From assembly GCA_037969075.1 (NCBI GenBank), contig JBBKWS010000198.1:1-35539 (forward strand): a DNA stretch of 35,539 bases, given 5' to 3'. The notes beneath the pieces were generated by a model. The model worked only from the letters and a program-made list of their open reading frames with translations. It had not been told where the DNA came from and searched no databases. This document shows, piece by piece, positions 1-9,897 of this stretch (position 1 is the first letter of the stretch; each line of letters begins with the position of its first letter). The position numbers were made by a program, and so were the translations under genes. This DNA is from Bdellovibrionales bacterium (GTDB taxonomy: Bacteria > Bdellovibrionota > Bdellovibrionia > Bdellovibrionales > UBA840).

Positions 1-37
1 CCGTAAGAGATTAACGGTATCTATCGGTGGCAAATAA
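1..37 (+). CDS. rpmH: 50S ribosomal protein L34, 3' end (partial)
   Basis: Frame from base 2 reads RKRLTVSIGGK-stop (TAA 35-37), typical of the L34 C-terminus; lies directly before rnpA. Not in the ORF track. Confidence 0.85.
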   Translation, partial: RKRLTVSIGGK

Positions 38-365
38 GCTCGTCAGCTTAAGACGCAAATCCGATTTTTTCTCACTACAAGAAAATGGAAAACGATGCAG
101 CACTACTAGATGGATGCTGTTGGTTTTTCACGAAAACGGTTTAGATCATTGCAGATTTGGATGGACTATACCGAGAAAAGTAGGCCCAAGTGTAATTAGA
201 AATCGGTTAAAGCGTTGGCTACGAGACTATTTTAGGACTAAATCCTTTAATAAATCCATAGATGTAAATGTGGTAATACGAGCGAATGAAAAAAACTTCT
301 TTAAAACAATCGAACACAATGAATTTATTGATACCCTTGATAGGACCTCTAGCAAAGTTCGCTAG
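27..365 (+). CDS. rnpA: Ribonuclease P protein component
   Basis: RFGWTIPRKVGPSVIRNRLKRWLRD (RNR motif); GTG start overlaps rpmH; canonical synteny. Confidence 0.95.
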   Translation: MANKLVSLRRKSDFFSLQENGKRCSTTRWMLLVFHENGLDHCRFGWTIPRKVGPSVIRNRLKRWLRDYFRTKSFNKSIDVNVVIRANEKNFFKTIEHNEFIDTLDRTSSKVR

Positions 366-597
366 CAAGATGAGTTTAATGTCGATTCAATTTTATAAAA
401 TATATTTAAGCGGTTATTTTGGTGGCCATTGTCGTTTTGATCCATCTTGCTCAGAGTACGCAAAAAATGCGTTTGAACAACATTCATTTCTTAGAGCGCT
501 CTATTTAAGTCTAAGCAGATTATCGCGTTGCCACCCTTTCAAGTCATTTGGCTATGACCCAGTACCAAGATATTTACCAAACAAGAGGAAACAATAA
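319..597 (+). CDS. yidD: Membrane protein insertion efficiency factor YidD
   Basis: CRFDPSCSEY and RCHPF..GYDPVP motifs. Start uncertain (ATG at 286, 319 or 370). Confidence 0.92.
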   Translation: MNLLIPLIGPLAKFASKMSLMSIQFYKIYLSGYFGGHCRFDPSCSEYAKNAFEQHSFLRALYLSLSRLSRCHPFKSFGYDPVPRYLPNKRKQ

Positions 598-2174
598 TGG
601 AAGAGAATAAATCTTTTTTGGATAAGAATACTTTAACAGCCATCGCATTAGCAATTTTGATATGGGTTGGTTGGGACTACTATATGGCGCAAACGTACGG
701 CCCAACAAGAGGCGCGCCAATTCCTCAAGCCGCACCTAAAAATGCAGCGGCCGATCTGCCAGAAGCTACACCAGGAAAAGAAATTCCGGTAACGGAAGAA
801 TCAAAAACTATAGTTACCAAAGAAGAAAAATTAGTAAGTGTAGTAAATAAGAATATGACATTCTCTGTTTCTTCTAAAGGTATGGGTTTAAAAAATATTA
901 CCCTTACACATTATAAAGATCGTGAGCAGGAGCCTATTCAATTTTTTAATGGAGTAGATATATCGTCTTTTGAAACTACTTTAGCAGACGGTCAGCCCAT
1001 ATTTTTTGACATTCAAAAAATCACTGATAACACCTATGTTGGTACATACACTGACGATACAGTTAGTATTAAAAAGATATATGAAATCAACCCAGAAACA
1101 TATTCGATTACATCTAAACTAGAGGTTAACTCGAAAAACAATGTGACTCCTGTCATTAGTAATTACTTAGTAGATCTTTCTGGGGACAAAGCAGAGACAT
1201 CTATATTTAAGCCTGCATATGAAAGACAAGAGGTTTTTGTATATGCAAATAATAAAGACGAAAGACAAATATACAATGCAGGAGAACCGTTAAATAAGAA
1301 TTACGACCAAGTTGCAGTTGTATCTTTAAATTCACACTATTTCGCTACAGCTTTAATTGATAAATCACCCATAATCCCCACTCTTAAGACGTACCAAAAG
1401 ATGCCCAAAGGATCGGTACAACCTGTTGCATATGTCGAGCTTACATACTCGTCTGTAAAACAGCCATCTATTGAGCTTTCTTATATTGGGTATCTTGGCC
1501 CTAAAAAAATGTCTATTGTTAGCGAAATTGACTCTAGATTTGCTGACGTAGTTGATTTTGGAATGTTTAGTATTATTGCTAAACCAATATTGAAGCTTTT
1601 GCAGGTATTTTATGACCTGTTTAAAAACTACGGCTTCGCGATTATTCTCTTAACAATCTTGGTTCGACTACTAGTGCTTCCGTTTAATATTATGTCGTAC
1701 AAATCAATGAAGGGAATGCAGCAAATTCAGCCCTTATTAACAGAGTTAAGAGCCACTCATAAAGATAATCCGACAAAACTAAATACAGAGATGATGGCTA
1801 TTTTTAAAGAGCACAAAGTGAACCCTATGGGCGGCTGTTTACCGATGCTTTTACAGCTTCCAATTTTCTTGGCGCTGTATCAGGTTTTAGGTCAGAGTAT
1901 CGAATTATATCAGAGTCCATTTTTTCTATGGATTAATGACCTTAGTTTAAAAGATCCGTTTTATGTATTGCCCGTTTTAATGGGTATTACGATGTTTGCG
2001 CAGCAAAAGCTGACGCCAACTACATTGGACCCCACACAACAAAAAGTTATGGCAATAATGCCGCTTGTTTTCACTGCTATGATGGTAGCCCTGCCTAGCG
2101 GGCTTACCCTTTATATTTTTATAAGCACCCTGTTTGCAGTGATTCAGCAAAAAATACTAATGAGTAAAACGTAA
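597..2174 (+). CDS. yidC: Membrane protein insertase YidC
   Basis: N-terminal TM, periplasmic domain, NYGFAIILLTILVR, NPMGGCLPMLLQLPIF, DLSLKDPFYVLP. Confidence 0.97.
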   Translation: MEENKSFLDKNTLTAIALAILIWVGWDYYMAQTYGPTRGAPIPQAAPKNAAADLPEATPGKEIPVTEESKTIVTKEEKLVSVVNKNMTFSVSSKGMGLKNITLTHYKDREQEPIQFFNGVDISSFETTLADGQPIFFDIQKITDNTYVGTYTDDTVSIKKIYEINPETYSITSKLEVNSKNNVTPVISNYLVDLSGDKAETSIFKPAYERQEVFVYANNKDERQIYNAGEPLNKNYDQVAVVSLNSHYFATALIDKSPIIPTLKTYQKMPKGSVQPVAYVELTYSSVKQPSIELSYIGYLGPKKMSIVSEIDSRFADVVDFGMFSIIAKPILKLLQVFYDLFKNYGFAIILLTILVRLLVLPFNIMSYKSMKGMQQIQPLLTELRATHKDNPTKLNTEMMAIFKEHKVNPMGGCLPMLLQLPIFLALYQVLGQSIELYQSPFFLWINDLSLKDPFYVLPVLMGITMFAQQKLTPTTLDPTQQKVMAIMPLVFTAMMVALPSGLTLYIFISTLFAVIQQKILMSKT

Positions 2175-2185
2175 CGGAGGAAGTT

Positions 2186-2767
2186 ATGAGTTTTTTTAAA
2201 AAATTATTCGGTTTTGGTGGTTCATCATCGGCAGTAGACAGTAATGTCGAAGATATTATTGAACAACAACTTGAAACGGTTTTAGCATCGCTGCAGCTGA
2301 ATTTATCGTTTACAGTTCACCAAGAAGAAGATCATATTTTAGTAGAATTTAAAGGTAGCGAAGACCAAAAAACCCTATTTACAGATAAAGATGGAATGCT
2401 TATTGATGCCCTTCAGTTTTATGTAAAACGAGTGTTACAACACAATCTTCCAGAGCTAAAAACAGAACTAGTATTTGATACAGATGGCTTTAGAGAGAAA
2501 TCAAGCGCAGCACTTGTTGACCTTGCTGAGAAACTAAAAAATATTGCTCTTACTAAAAATAAATCGGTATATTTTAGAGCCCTACCTCCTAAAGACAGAA
2601 AAGTAATTCACCAACACCTTGCACAAGATGAGAGAGTTAAAAGTAAGTCAGTAGGCGATGGATTATTTAAAAAAATTAAAGTATTTCCAGCTGGTTTAAA
2701 AAGCTCTGGTGGCGGAAATCGCGGAAGACGTGGGCCTAGAAACGACAGACACCACAATAATGCATAA
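2186..2767 (+). CDS. jag: Jag/EloR (KhpB)-like RNA-binding protein, KH-II + R3H, lacking the Jag_N domain
   Basis: IDALQF KH segment and R3H motif DRKVIH; lies between yidC and mnmE; SD GGAGG upstream. Confidence 0.85.
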   Translation: MSFFKKLFGFGGSSSAVDSNVEDIIEQQLETVLASLQLNLSFTVHQEEDHILVEFKGSEDQKTLFTDKDGMLIDALQFYVKRVLQHNLPELKTELVFDTDGFREKSSAALVDLAEKLKNIALTKNKSVYFRALPPKDRKVIHQHLAQDERVKSKSVGDGLFKKIKVFPAGLKSSGGGNRGRRGPRNDRHHNNA

Positions 2768-2769
2768 AT

Positions 2770-4131
2770 ATGGACGGCTATTTTGTTGAAGATACCATTT
2801 GCGCCTTAGCGACTCCGCAAGGGCACGGAGGGATCTCTGTCATTCGTGTTAGTGGCAAGAACTCTTTAGATAGTATCCGAAAGCTGTGTCCCAAGCTGCC
2901 CAATTCAATCACCTCTCATACAGCATATTTTTCTACGCTGTATGATATTTCTAATAAAAATCCACTAGATGAAGTCGTGGTCACCTATTTTGCAGATGGG
3001 AAATCTTTTACCGGTGAAGAGAGTGTTGAAATTTCTTGTCATGGTTCTCCCGTAATCGTGAATGAAATTCTTCAAAATTTAATATCAACAGGAATACGAG
3101 CAGCAAGGCGAGGGGAATTTACTTACCGTGCGTTTATGAATCAAAGAATCGATTTGGCACAAGCTGAAAGTGTTTTATCATTGATTGAAAGCCAGTCTAA
3201 ACAGGCCGCAAGAATTGCTTTAAGACAATTAAAAGGTGACTTATCTAAGCGCATAGAAGTTTTAGAAGAAAAAACCATCTTTGTATTAGCGAATCTTGAA
3301 GCCAGTATTGATTTTTCGACGGAAGACATTGATGTATTAGATTATGACAAATGTTTAAATTTTTTAAATGAAGTTGAGAGTGAAACCGAAAAAATTCTAT
3401 CAACCTATAAAACAGGTAGAATTTTAAAAGAAGGTTTTCATATAAGTATCGTAGGAAGGCCTAATGCCGGTAAATCTAGTTTGTTAAATGCTATCTGCTC
3501 ACAAGAAAAAGCGATTGTTAGTGATATCCCGGGAACAACTCGTGATATTGTAGAAGCGGAACTAAGTTTAGATGGAATTCTAGTTAAATTAACAGATACC
3601 GCAGGAATTCATGAAACGTCAGATACAATTGAGAAATTAGGAATAGAGAAATCAAAAAGAAGCATGAAAGATGCTGACCACTTATTTGTGGTTTTAGCTC
3701 CAGAAAATGATGGAATATCTGATGATTTCAGAACTTATCTACGAGAGAAAGAATTTAGCATACTATTTTCTAAGTCCGATATTTCAAAAGATCAGATAGA
3801 TCTAAAGGGCCTTAATCCCCTCTCGACCATTTCTTATAGTGCGGTTACTGGTAATGGAATTGAGCAAATAACCGAACTAATTAGAAAAATATTACGAGAA
3901 AATTATAGCTACGATTCAGCTGTGGTTTTTCAGGCCAGACACTTTGAGCTTTTTACAATTATCAAAGATAGTGTGCAAAGAGCCAAGAAATTGTTTATAG
4001 AAAAGGCATCTCAAGAGTTCATAACCGTTGAGTTACAACAGGCCATCATGAGCTTACACGAGATTTTAGGTAAGCGTTTTGATGACGAAGTAATGGACCG
4101 TGTTTTTAGGGAGTTTTGCATTGGCAAATAA
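2770..4131 (+). CDS. mnmE: tRNA modification GTPase MnmE (TrmE)
   Basis: [42 protein letters not shown]-terminal FCIGK. Confidence 0.97.
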   Translation: MDGYFVEDTICALATPQGHGGISVIRVSGKNSLDSIRKLCPKLPNSITSHTAYFSTLYDISNKNPLDEVVVTYFADGKSFTGEESVEISCHGSPVIVNEILQNLISTGIRAARRGEFTYRAFMNQRIDLAQAESVLSLIESQSKQAARIALRQLKGDLSKRIEVLEEKTIFVLANLEASIDFSTEDIDVLDYDKCLNFLNEVESETEKILSTYKTGRILKEGFHISIVGRPNAGKSSLLNAICSQEKAIVSDIPGTTRDIVEAELSLDGILVKLTDTAGIHETSDTIEKLGIEKSKRSMKDADHLFVVLAPENDGISDDFRTYLREKEFSILFSKSDISKDQIDLKGLNPLSTISYSAVTGNGIEQITELIRKILRENYSYDSAVVFQARHFELFTIIKDSVQRAKKLFIEKASQEFITVELQQAIMSLHEILGKRFDDEVMDRVFREFCIGK

Positions 4132-6004
4132 AATCTATGATGTAGTTGTGGTTGGTGCCGGTCATGCTGGTATTGAGGCTTGTTTAGCTGCGACAAGATT
4201 AGGTTCCTCAGTTTTATTAATTACTACAAATTTAGATCGAATTGGATATATGAGCTGTAATCCATCTATTGGTGGTTTAGCAAAAGGCCACATGGTTCGC
4301 GAAATAGATGCGCTCGGTGGTATGATGGGTATGGCCGCGGATAAAACCTGTATTCAATTTAAAAGATTAAATTCTACAAGGGGTCCCGCTGTAAGGGGTA
4401 CCAGAACCCAAGCCGATAAAGATCTTTATTGCCAGTTTATGGCAGAAACCCTACGTAATACTCCTGGACTAGACGTTCGTTTAGGAGAGGTTAAATCCCT
4501 AATTTTAAAGAGGAATACTGTAACAGGAGTTGTTTTAGAAGATGGATCTGAAGTTCCATCTAAAACGGTAGTAATTACTACTGGAACCTTTATGAATGCA
4601 GTTATGCATATCGGTTTAGAGCAAAAAAGTGGTGGCCGTGTTGGTGATAAAGCTACGGTAGGAATCTCGGATCAGTTGGCTCAGATGGGTTTTGAAGTAC
4701 AAAGGTTAAAAACAGGAACGCCTCCTCGCCTATTGGCTTCTAGTATTGATTTTTCTAAAACAGAGGAACATTGGGGCGATAAGGATTACTATCCGTTTAG
4801 TATTCATAGCTCTAAGAATGTGGAGCTAAAGCAAATTGCTTGTTACCTATCAAGAACGACAGAGGAAACCCACGATATAATACGAAAAAATTTAGATAAG
4901 TCCCCTATGTTTTGCGGAATTATTCAGGGACAAGGACCCAGGTATTGTCCAAGCATCGAAGATAAAATTACACGATTTGCAGAAAAAACTAACCATCAAA
5001 CTTTCTTGGAGCCCGAGGGCTTAAACTCGGATCTCATTTATTTGCAAGGCATCTCAACGAGTCTTCCAGAGGTTGTGCAATACGAATTTTTAAGAACGAT
5101 TCCTGGTTTAGAGAATGTAAAAATGGTTCGACCAGGCTATGCGGTTGAATATGATTTTATCGAGCCAACCCAACTCAACCACTCACTTGAAACTAAGGCT
5201 ATTCAGAATTTATTTTTGGCGGGTCAAATTAATGGTACCAGTGGATATGAAGAGGCGGCAGCCCAAGGTCTAGTGGCAGGAACTAATGCCGCCAAAAAAG
5301 TATTTGAGCTAGAGCCAATGGTTTTAAAAAGACATGAGGCCTACATAGGTGTGCTTATTGATGACCTCGTTACTAAGGGCACCAAAGAACCATATAGGAT
5401 GTTTACATCCCGAGCAGAGCACCGTCTTGTTTTAAGAGAAGACAATACTTACGATAGGTTACACGCGGTTGGCGTGGACCACGGTTTAGTTTCAAGCCTT
5501 AAGGCCGAAACTATACAGAGAGTCCTTGATGATAGATCTAAGTTACTGAAATCATTAAGTAATTATATAATTTATCCGAACGAAGCTGGTCAAAAAGAAG
5601 TAGCAAAGTTAAATACTCCAGCTTTAAAAAATCCAACACCCCTTACCGTCTTACTGCGAAGACATGAGATTAATTTTTTGGATCTTAAAATTTTCCCTAT
5701 TGATATTCCTGAAGACAAAAATGTGTATGAACCTGTGGAAATTATGATTAAGTACGAGGGCTACATTGAAAAACAAAATGAACTCATCCGTCAGACATTA
5801 CAAATGGAAGACACACAAATCCCCGCTACTCTTGTCTTTTCTGAGATTAAAGGCTTGTCTATGGAAGAGTGTGAAAAATTAAAGAAGATACAGCCTAAGA
5901 CTCTTGGACAAGCCTCTCGTATTAGCGGTGTTAATCCCTCTGCCGTGCAGGCATTGCTTATTCATTTAAAGTCAAAGTCTCGGCAGCGACTGAGTACTCA
6001 TTGA
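4121..6004 (+). CDS. mnmG: tRNA uridine-5-carboxymethylaminomethyl modification enzyme MnmG (GidA)
   Basis: [57 protein letters not shown]. Probable TTG start at 4121 after SD AGGGAG (track start 4100). Confidence 0.97.
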   Translation: MANKIYDVVVVGAGHAGIEACLAATRLGSSVLLITTNLDRIGYMSCNPSIGGLAKGHMVREIDALGGMMGMAADKTCIQFKRLNSTRGPAVRGTRTQADKDLYCQFMAETLRNTPGLDVRLGEVKSLILKRNTVTGVVLEDGSEVPSKTVVITTGTFMNAVMHIGLEQKSGGRVGDKATVGISDQLAQMGFEVQRLKTGTPPRLLASSIDFSKTEEHWGDKDYYPFSIHSSKNVELKQIACYLSRTTEETHDIIRKNLDKSPMFCGIIQGQGPRYCPSIEDKITRFAEKTNHQTFLEPEGLNSDLIYLQGISTSLPEVVQYEFLRTIPGLENVKMVRPGYAVEYDFIEPTQLNHSLETKAIQNLFLAGQINGTSGYEEAAAQGLVAGTNAAKKVFELEPMVLKRHEAYIGVLIDDLVTKGTKEPYRMFTSRAEHRLVLREDNTYDRLHAVGVDHGLVSSLKAETIQRVLDDRSKLLKSLSNYIIYPNEAGQKEVAKLNTPALKNPTPLTVLLRRHEINFLDLKIFPIDIPEDKNVYEPVEIMIKYEGYIEKQNELIRQTLQMEDTQIPATLVFSEIKGLSMEECEKLKKIQPKTLGQASRISGVNPSAVQALLIHLKSKSRQRLSTH

Positions 6005-6020
6005 TGTTCCACGTGGAACA
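6005..6020. promoter_or_regulatory. parS centromere-like site 1
   Basis: Perfect palindrome TGTTCCACGTGGAACA, extended to a 22-bp perfect palindrome at 6002-6023; about 0.5 kb from parA. Confidence 0.92.
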
Positions 6021-6024
6021 TCAG

Positions 6025-6456
6025 CTACTGACCACCCTTTAGATATTCATTGCCGTTCATTCTTGATTTATATATGGCGAAATCATCGGGGTTTGGCCAC
6101 TCATCTTCTTTTTCTTGCTTAAAGTGATCTAGGTATTCTAACCTTGCCTGTTTTCTTCTAGAATCAACTGCCATCTTGAAGTAGTTCAAGCGCTGTTCTG
6201 CTATATAAATCTTTTTCTCGTTTGAATAATAGTCTTTCCACCTGGCTTTATACTCACCAGTTTGCTCATTAAGGGTTTTTAATTGATCTTGAATCTTTGG
6301 ACGCTCATCAGAGACCATTTTTAGGTCTTTCTCGGCAATTCCAAGCCCTTTTTGTAGGTCCAAGTAGATGGGATCCCGCAATTCAGGAGTGCTATCGGGG
6401 TTTCGGCACGATATACAAGCAATAGAGATGATAATCATTGTAAGAATTACTTTCAT
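6025..6456 (-). CDS. Hypothetical lipoprotein, helical/coiled-coil
   Basis: MK, a hydrophobic stretch and a lipobox-like IAC/ISC; 143 aa; fills the gap between mnmG and parA. Confidence 0.7.
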   Translation of the reverse strand: MKVILTMIIISIACISCRNPDSTPELRDPIYLDLQKGLGIAEKDLKMVSDERPKIQDQLKTLNEQTGEYKARWKDYYSNEKKIYIAEQRLNYFKMAVDSRRKQARLEYLDHFKQEKEDEWPNPDDFAIYKSRMNGNEYLKGGQ

Positions 6457-6464
6457 TTGGTATT

Positions 6465-6491
6465 TATTCGGTACTTACGGATGAAACTAAA
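6465..6491 (-). promoter_or_regulatory. Possible sigma28 (FliA)-type promoter for the lipoprotein gene
   Basis: Minus strand TTTAGTTT-N11-ACCGAATA versus consensus TAAAGTTT-N11-GCCGATAA; ends 8 nt before the ATG at 6456. Confidence 0.3.
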
Positions 6492-6506
6492 GTTCCACGT
6501 GGAACA
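6491..6506. promoter_or_regulatory. parS site 2
   Basis: AGTTCCACGTGGAACA, 15/16 match to site 1; 16 bp upstream of the probable parA ATG. Confidence 0.88.
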
Positions 6507-6522
6507 AATGGAAGAGAAGGTT

Positions 6523-7356
6523 ATGGCAAGAATTATATGTATAGCGAATCAAAAGGGTGGAGTAGGAAAGACAACAACATCAGTGAACCTGTCGGCGGCT
6601 TTAGCGAGCCTTGATAAGAAGGTACTACTGGTAGACATGGATCCTCAGGGCAATGCCTCAAGCGGCCTTGGGATGAAGAAGCATGATTTCCAAGACAGAA
6701 CCGTATACAACCTACTAATTGGGGAAAAGTCTGTTGAAGAGTGTCGATCACCAACGAATTTGCCTAATTTAGATATAATAACGGCCACGCCGGATTTAGT
6801 AGGGGCAGAGATAGAGCTTGTTGATGCAGAGCGTCGTGAAATGAAATTGAAAGACGCCTTATCCAGCATCAAAGATGAGTATCATTATATTATAATAGAT
6901 TGCCCTCCATCGCTGGGGCTAATTACTTTAAACTCACTCTGTGCTGCAAATACTTTTTTAGTTCCTTTGCAATGTGAGTATTTTGCTCTTGAGGGCTTAA
7001 GCCAATTATTAAATACGGCCGGATTAATTAAGAAAGGCCTAAATACAGAGTTAAAAATAGAAGGCATTGTTTTGACGATGTTTGATGTTCGTAATAATTT
7101 ATCTCACCAAGTGGTGTCTGAAATTCAAACTCACTTTAGTGATAAAGTTTTTCAAGCTATTATTCCTAGAAATGTTCGCCTGAGCGAGGCGCCTAGCTAC
7201 GGGCAATCAATAATACAGTATGATCCTAAATCCATAGGAGCTATTCGATATATGGAGCTAGCCAGAGAGTTAGATGAAAGAGTATATGGCGCCGATGAAT
7301 ACTCACGAGTATCAGAAGAGCCAAGGCTGGAACTAGAAAGGGATGCAAATGTCTAA
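6523..7356 (+). CDS. parA: Chromosome partitioning ATPase ParA/Soj
   Basis: ANQKGGVGKTTT, DMDPQGNA, IDCPPSLG, IPRNVRLSEAPS. Probable ATG at 6523 (the track extends to 6457). Confidence 0.97.
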   Translation: MARIICIANQKGGVGKTTTSVNLSAALASLDKKVLLVDMDPQGNASSGLGMKKHDFQDRTVYNLLIGEKSVEECRSPTNLPNLDIITATPDLVGAEIELVDAERREMKLKDALSSIKDEYHYIIIDCPPSLGLITLNSLCAANTFLVPLQCEYFALEGLSQLLNTAGLIKKGLNTELKIEGIVLTMFDVRNNLSHQVVSEIQTHFSDKVFQAIIPRNVRLSEAPSYGQSIIQYDPKSIGAIRYMELARELDERVYGADEYSRVSEEPRLELERDANV

Positions 7357-8434
7357 TAACACTAAGAAATCTGGATTAGGCAGGGGGTTGAATAGCCTTC
7401 TTGGTGGATACTCAGAACAGGCTGTGAGTAGTCCTCAGGTGGCTAAACAAGCGCCCGTTACGGCGAACGTAAGTGCTGAAAACAAAAAGACAATCGAAAA
7501 ACAGACTGCCGTATTTCATGCTGAAGGAGTAAAAGAGCCGACCAAAGTCACGGCATCCATTAAGACAGAGTCGTCAGCTACAGCAAATCCTCAGGCTCCA
7601 ATTTCTACGACTCAGCTGCCACAAAATCAAGTTCCTGATGCAGCAAGAATATGGAAAGTCTCAATTGATAAGTTGGTGGCAAATCAAAATCAACCAAGAC
7701 AAGTGTTTAATGAGGACAAGTTAAGAGAGTTATCGGATTCAATAAAAGAACAGGGAATTTTACAGCCAATCGTTGCTAGAAAACTAGAAAGTGGAAAATT
7801 CGAAATAGTATCAGGCGAAAGAAGATGGCGCGCCTCACAGATGGCAGGCCTTCATGATGTGCCGGTTATCTTAAGGGTAATTGATGACAAAAAATCCCTA
7901 GAGCTTGCGATTATAGAAAATGTGCAGCGAGACGACCTGAATGCTATCGAAGAGGCCGAAGCGTATCAGAAACTATCTAAAGAATTTTTCATGACTCAAG
8001 AGGAAATTGCTAAGCGCGTAGGTAAAGAGCGTGCAACGGTGGCAAATCTTTTGCGGCTTTTACAACTAGATGAAGAGGTGAGAAAGCTAATCTTAAAGAG
8101 CGAGATTTCTCAGGGTCACGCAAAAGTACTTCTTTCTGTGCAAGATGGAAAAGAGCAGCGTAATCTAGCGAAGAAGGTAGTTGCTAAAAAGTGGAGCGTT
8201 AGACAATTAGAAAAAGAAATCAAGGGCTTGGGTGAAGACAAGAAGAGTAAGAATTCTTTGGGCCTAGACCTTTCACAAAAATTAGCCATAGGGTTAGCGG
8301 AAGACTTGCAAAAACAAATTGGAACAAAAGTGCAAATAGATTATTCTCAAGGTAAGGGTAAAATATCATTGCACTTTTACAGCGATGATCAGTTAACCCA
8401 AATAACCGATAAAATTAAAGAGGCGTGGCTATAA
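7349..8434 (+). CDS. parB: Chromosome partitioning CTPase ParB/Spo0J
   Basis: LGRGL ParA-binding motif, QPRQVF, GILQPI, GERRWRA, IENVQRDDL, HTH; long low-complexity N-terminal linker. Confidence 0.97.
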   Translation: MSNNTKKSGLGRGLNSLLGGYSEQAVSSPQVAKQAPVTANVSAENKKTIEKQTAVFHAEGVKEPTKVTASIKTESSATANPQAPISTTQLPQNQVPDAARIWKVSIDKLVANQNQPRQVFNEDKLRELSDSIKEQGILQPIVARKLESGKFEIVSGERRWRASQMAGLHDVPVILRVIDDKKSLELAIIENVQRDDLNAIEEAEAYQKLSKEFFMTQEEIAKRVGKERATVANLLRLLQLDEEVRKLILKSEISQGHAKVLLSVQDGKEQRNLAKKVVAKKWSVRQLEKEIKGLGEDKKSKNSLGLDLSQKLAIGLAEDLQKQIGTKVQIDYSQGKGKISLHFYSDDQLTQITDKIKEAWL

Positions 8435-8793
8435 TGCAAGAAAAACGAACAGAGCTGGTTGAGGTCACTGAGGGGCAAGTCACTGCAATTCTTGATAAGG
8501 GCGCAAGCTTTGAGGGCCAGCTGAGTTTTGAGGGAACGGTTCGCATTGGTGGAAAATTCAAAGGCGAAATTTTCACAAAAGATACGCTAATTATTAGTGA
8601 AGATGCTGAGGTAGAGGCGCAGATCGAAGCCGATACGGTTATTTTGAGCGGCTTTGTAAAAGGAAATATTTTTGCAAGAAGAAAAGTCATTATGTATCCA
8701 CCAGCAACTTTTAAAGGAACTGTAACAACGCCAAGCTTAAAAATTGACGAAGGTGTGTTATTTGAGGGCGCCAGCTACATGCCTAAGAATTAA
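8434..8793 (+). CDS. Bactofilin (polymer-forming cytoskeletal protein)
   Basis: Beta-helix repeats (GASFEGQLSFEGTVRIGGKFKGEI ... LKIDEGVLFEG); TAATG coupling to the parB stop. Confidence 0.9.
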   Translation: MQEKRTELVEVTEGQVTAILDKGASFEGQLSFEGTVRIGGKFKGEIFTKDTLIISEDAEVEAQIEADTVILSGFVKGNIFARRKVIMYPPATFKGTVTTPSLKIDEGVLFEGASYMPKN

Positions 8794-8900
8794 CCGAACT
8801 GACTCGGAAAATCATTTTATTTGCAATTTTCAAATTACCTTGACCTTTTTTTACAACAGATGCTACCTAACTCTGCTTAATCACAAAGGGTTTTAATAGC

Positions 8901-9341
8901 ATGGAAATACTCCACTCATTAGGTATTAATGGCACTATCGGAATACAGTTTCTTGTATTTTTTTTGGCCTATATTTCTTTAAGTAATCTATTGTTTAAAC
9001 CCTACTTGGCAGCCTTTGAAAAAAGAAAAGAGCAAACAGAGGGGCAAGAAACCCTGGCCGAAACGCTAGATCTTACAACTCAAGATCTTCATTTAAAAAT
9101 GGACAGGCTACAGCGCGAGCTAGCACATAAGATCCAGGATATTTTTAATGAAGCAAAGAAGCTAGGCTCAAAAGAGGCTGCAACTTATCTAGATGGTGCA
9201 AAAACTGAAAGTCAAAATATGCTAGCAAATGCCAATCAAAAAGTGGCGCACGATATGGCTATCGCTAAAAACGAATTTAAAAAAATACTTCCCGAAATGA
9301 GCCAAACTATTGTTGAAAAATTAGTCGGAAGGAATATTTAA
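8901..9341 (+). CDS. ATP synthase F0 subunit b' (B/B' family)
   Basis: N-terminal TM, LLFKPYLAAFEKRK, then a long helix; first gene of the atp cluster. Confidence 0.85.
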   Translation: MEILHSLGINGTIGIQFLVFFLAYISLSNLLFKPYLAAFEKRKEQTEGQETLAETLDLTTQDLHLKMDRLQRELAHKIQDIFNEAKKLGSKEAATYLDGAKTESQNMLANANQKVAHDMAIAKNEFKKILPEMSQTIVEKLVGRNI

Positions 9342-9342
9342 G

Positions 9343-9897
9343 ATGATAATATCTGCACTATACCTTTTAAACTCAGCAATTGCGGCCTCAGCAGGGCACG
9401 CAGACGGCCATGCTGCGATACCTGTTATGACGATTGTTGCGCAAGCTGTAAATTTTGGAGCGTTAGTTTTAATTCTGGTGTTTTTAACCCGTAAAAAAAT
9501 TCGCAATCTTTTTACAAGTAGACGCCAAGAATTTGATATTGCAATACAAAGGGCGCAGGCAGCAAAGCTTGATGCTGAAAATAGACAAAAAGAAATTCTG
9601 GCGCAATTAAAGCAGATAGAAGACACGTATCAAGACTCAATTAGCAAGGCGACTGCGAAAGCGGAAAGCGTTCGAGTATCAATGGTTGAGGATGCTAAAA
9701 TAGCGGCCGAAAGAATTAGACAAGAGACCGAGGCAACTTATAAGAATGAAGTGAATTCGGCAATTCTGAGTTTAAAGGCGGAGTTGTTAAAGGGCTCAAT
9801 AGAAAACGCCGAAGCGCTATTAAAAACTAAGATGCAAAAATCTGATCACGAAAATCTACAAGACACATTAATGAAAACAATAGGGGCGGCGAAATAA
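9343..9897 (+). CDS. atpF: ATP synthase F0 subunit b
   Basis: AASAGH leader, QAVNF TM segment, coiled coil. Confidence 0.88.
   Translation: MIISALYLLNSAIAASAGHADGHAAIPVMTIVAQAVNFGALVLILVFLTRKKIRNLFTSRRQEFDIAIQRAQAAKLDAENRQKEILAQLKQIEDTYQDSISKATAKAESVRVSMVEDAKIAAERIRQETEATYKNEVNSAILSLKAELLKGSIENAEALLKTKMQKSDHENLQDTLMKTIGAAK

Noticed and set aside
6457..6522. N-terminal extension of ParA in the ORF track
   Set aside because: It translates through parS (FHVEQ is the typical parS translation); homology starts at the ATG at 6523.
8840..8869. Possible atp promoter TTGACC-18-TACCTA
   Set aside because: The -10 lacks its conserved final T; plausible but too weak to call.
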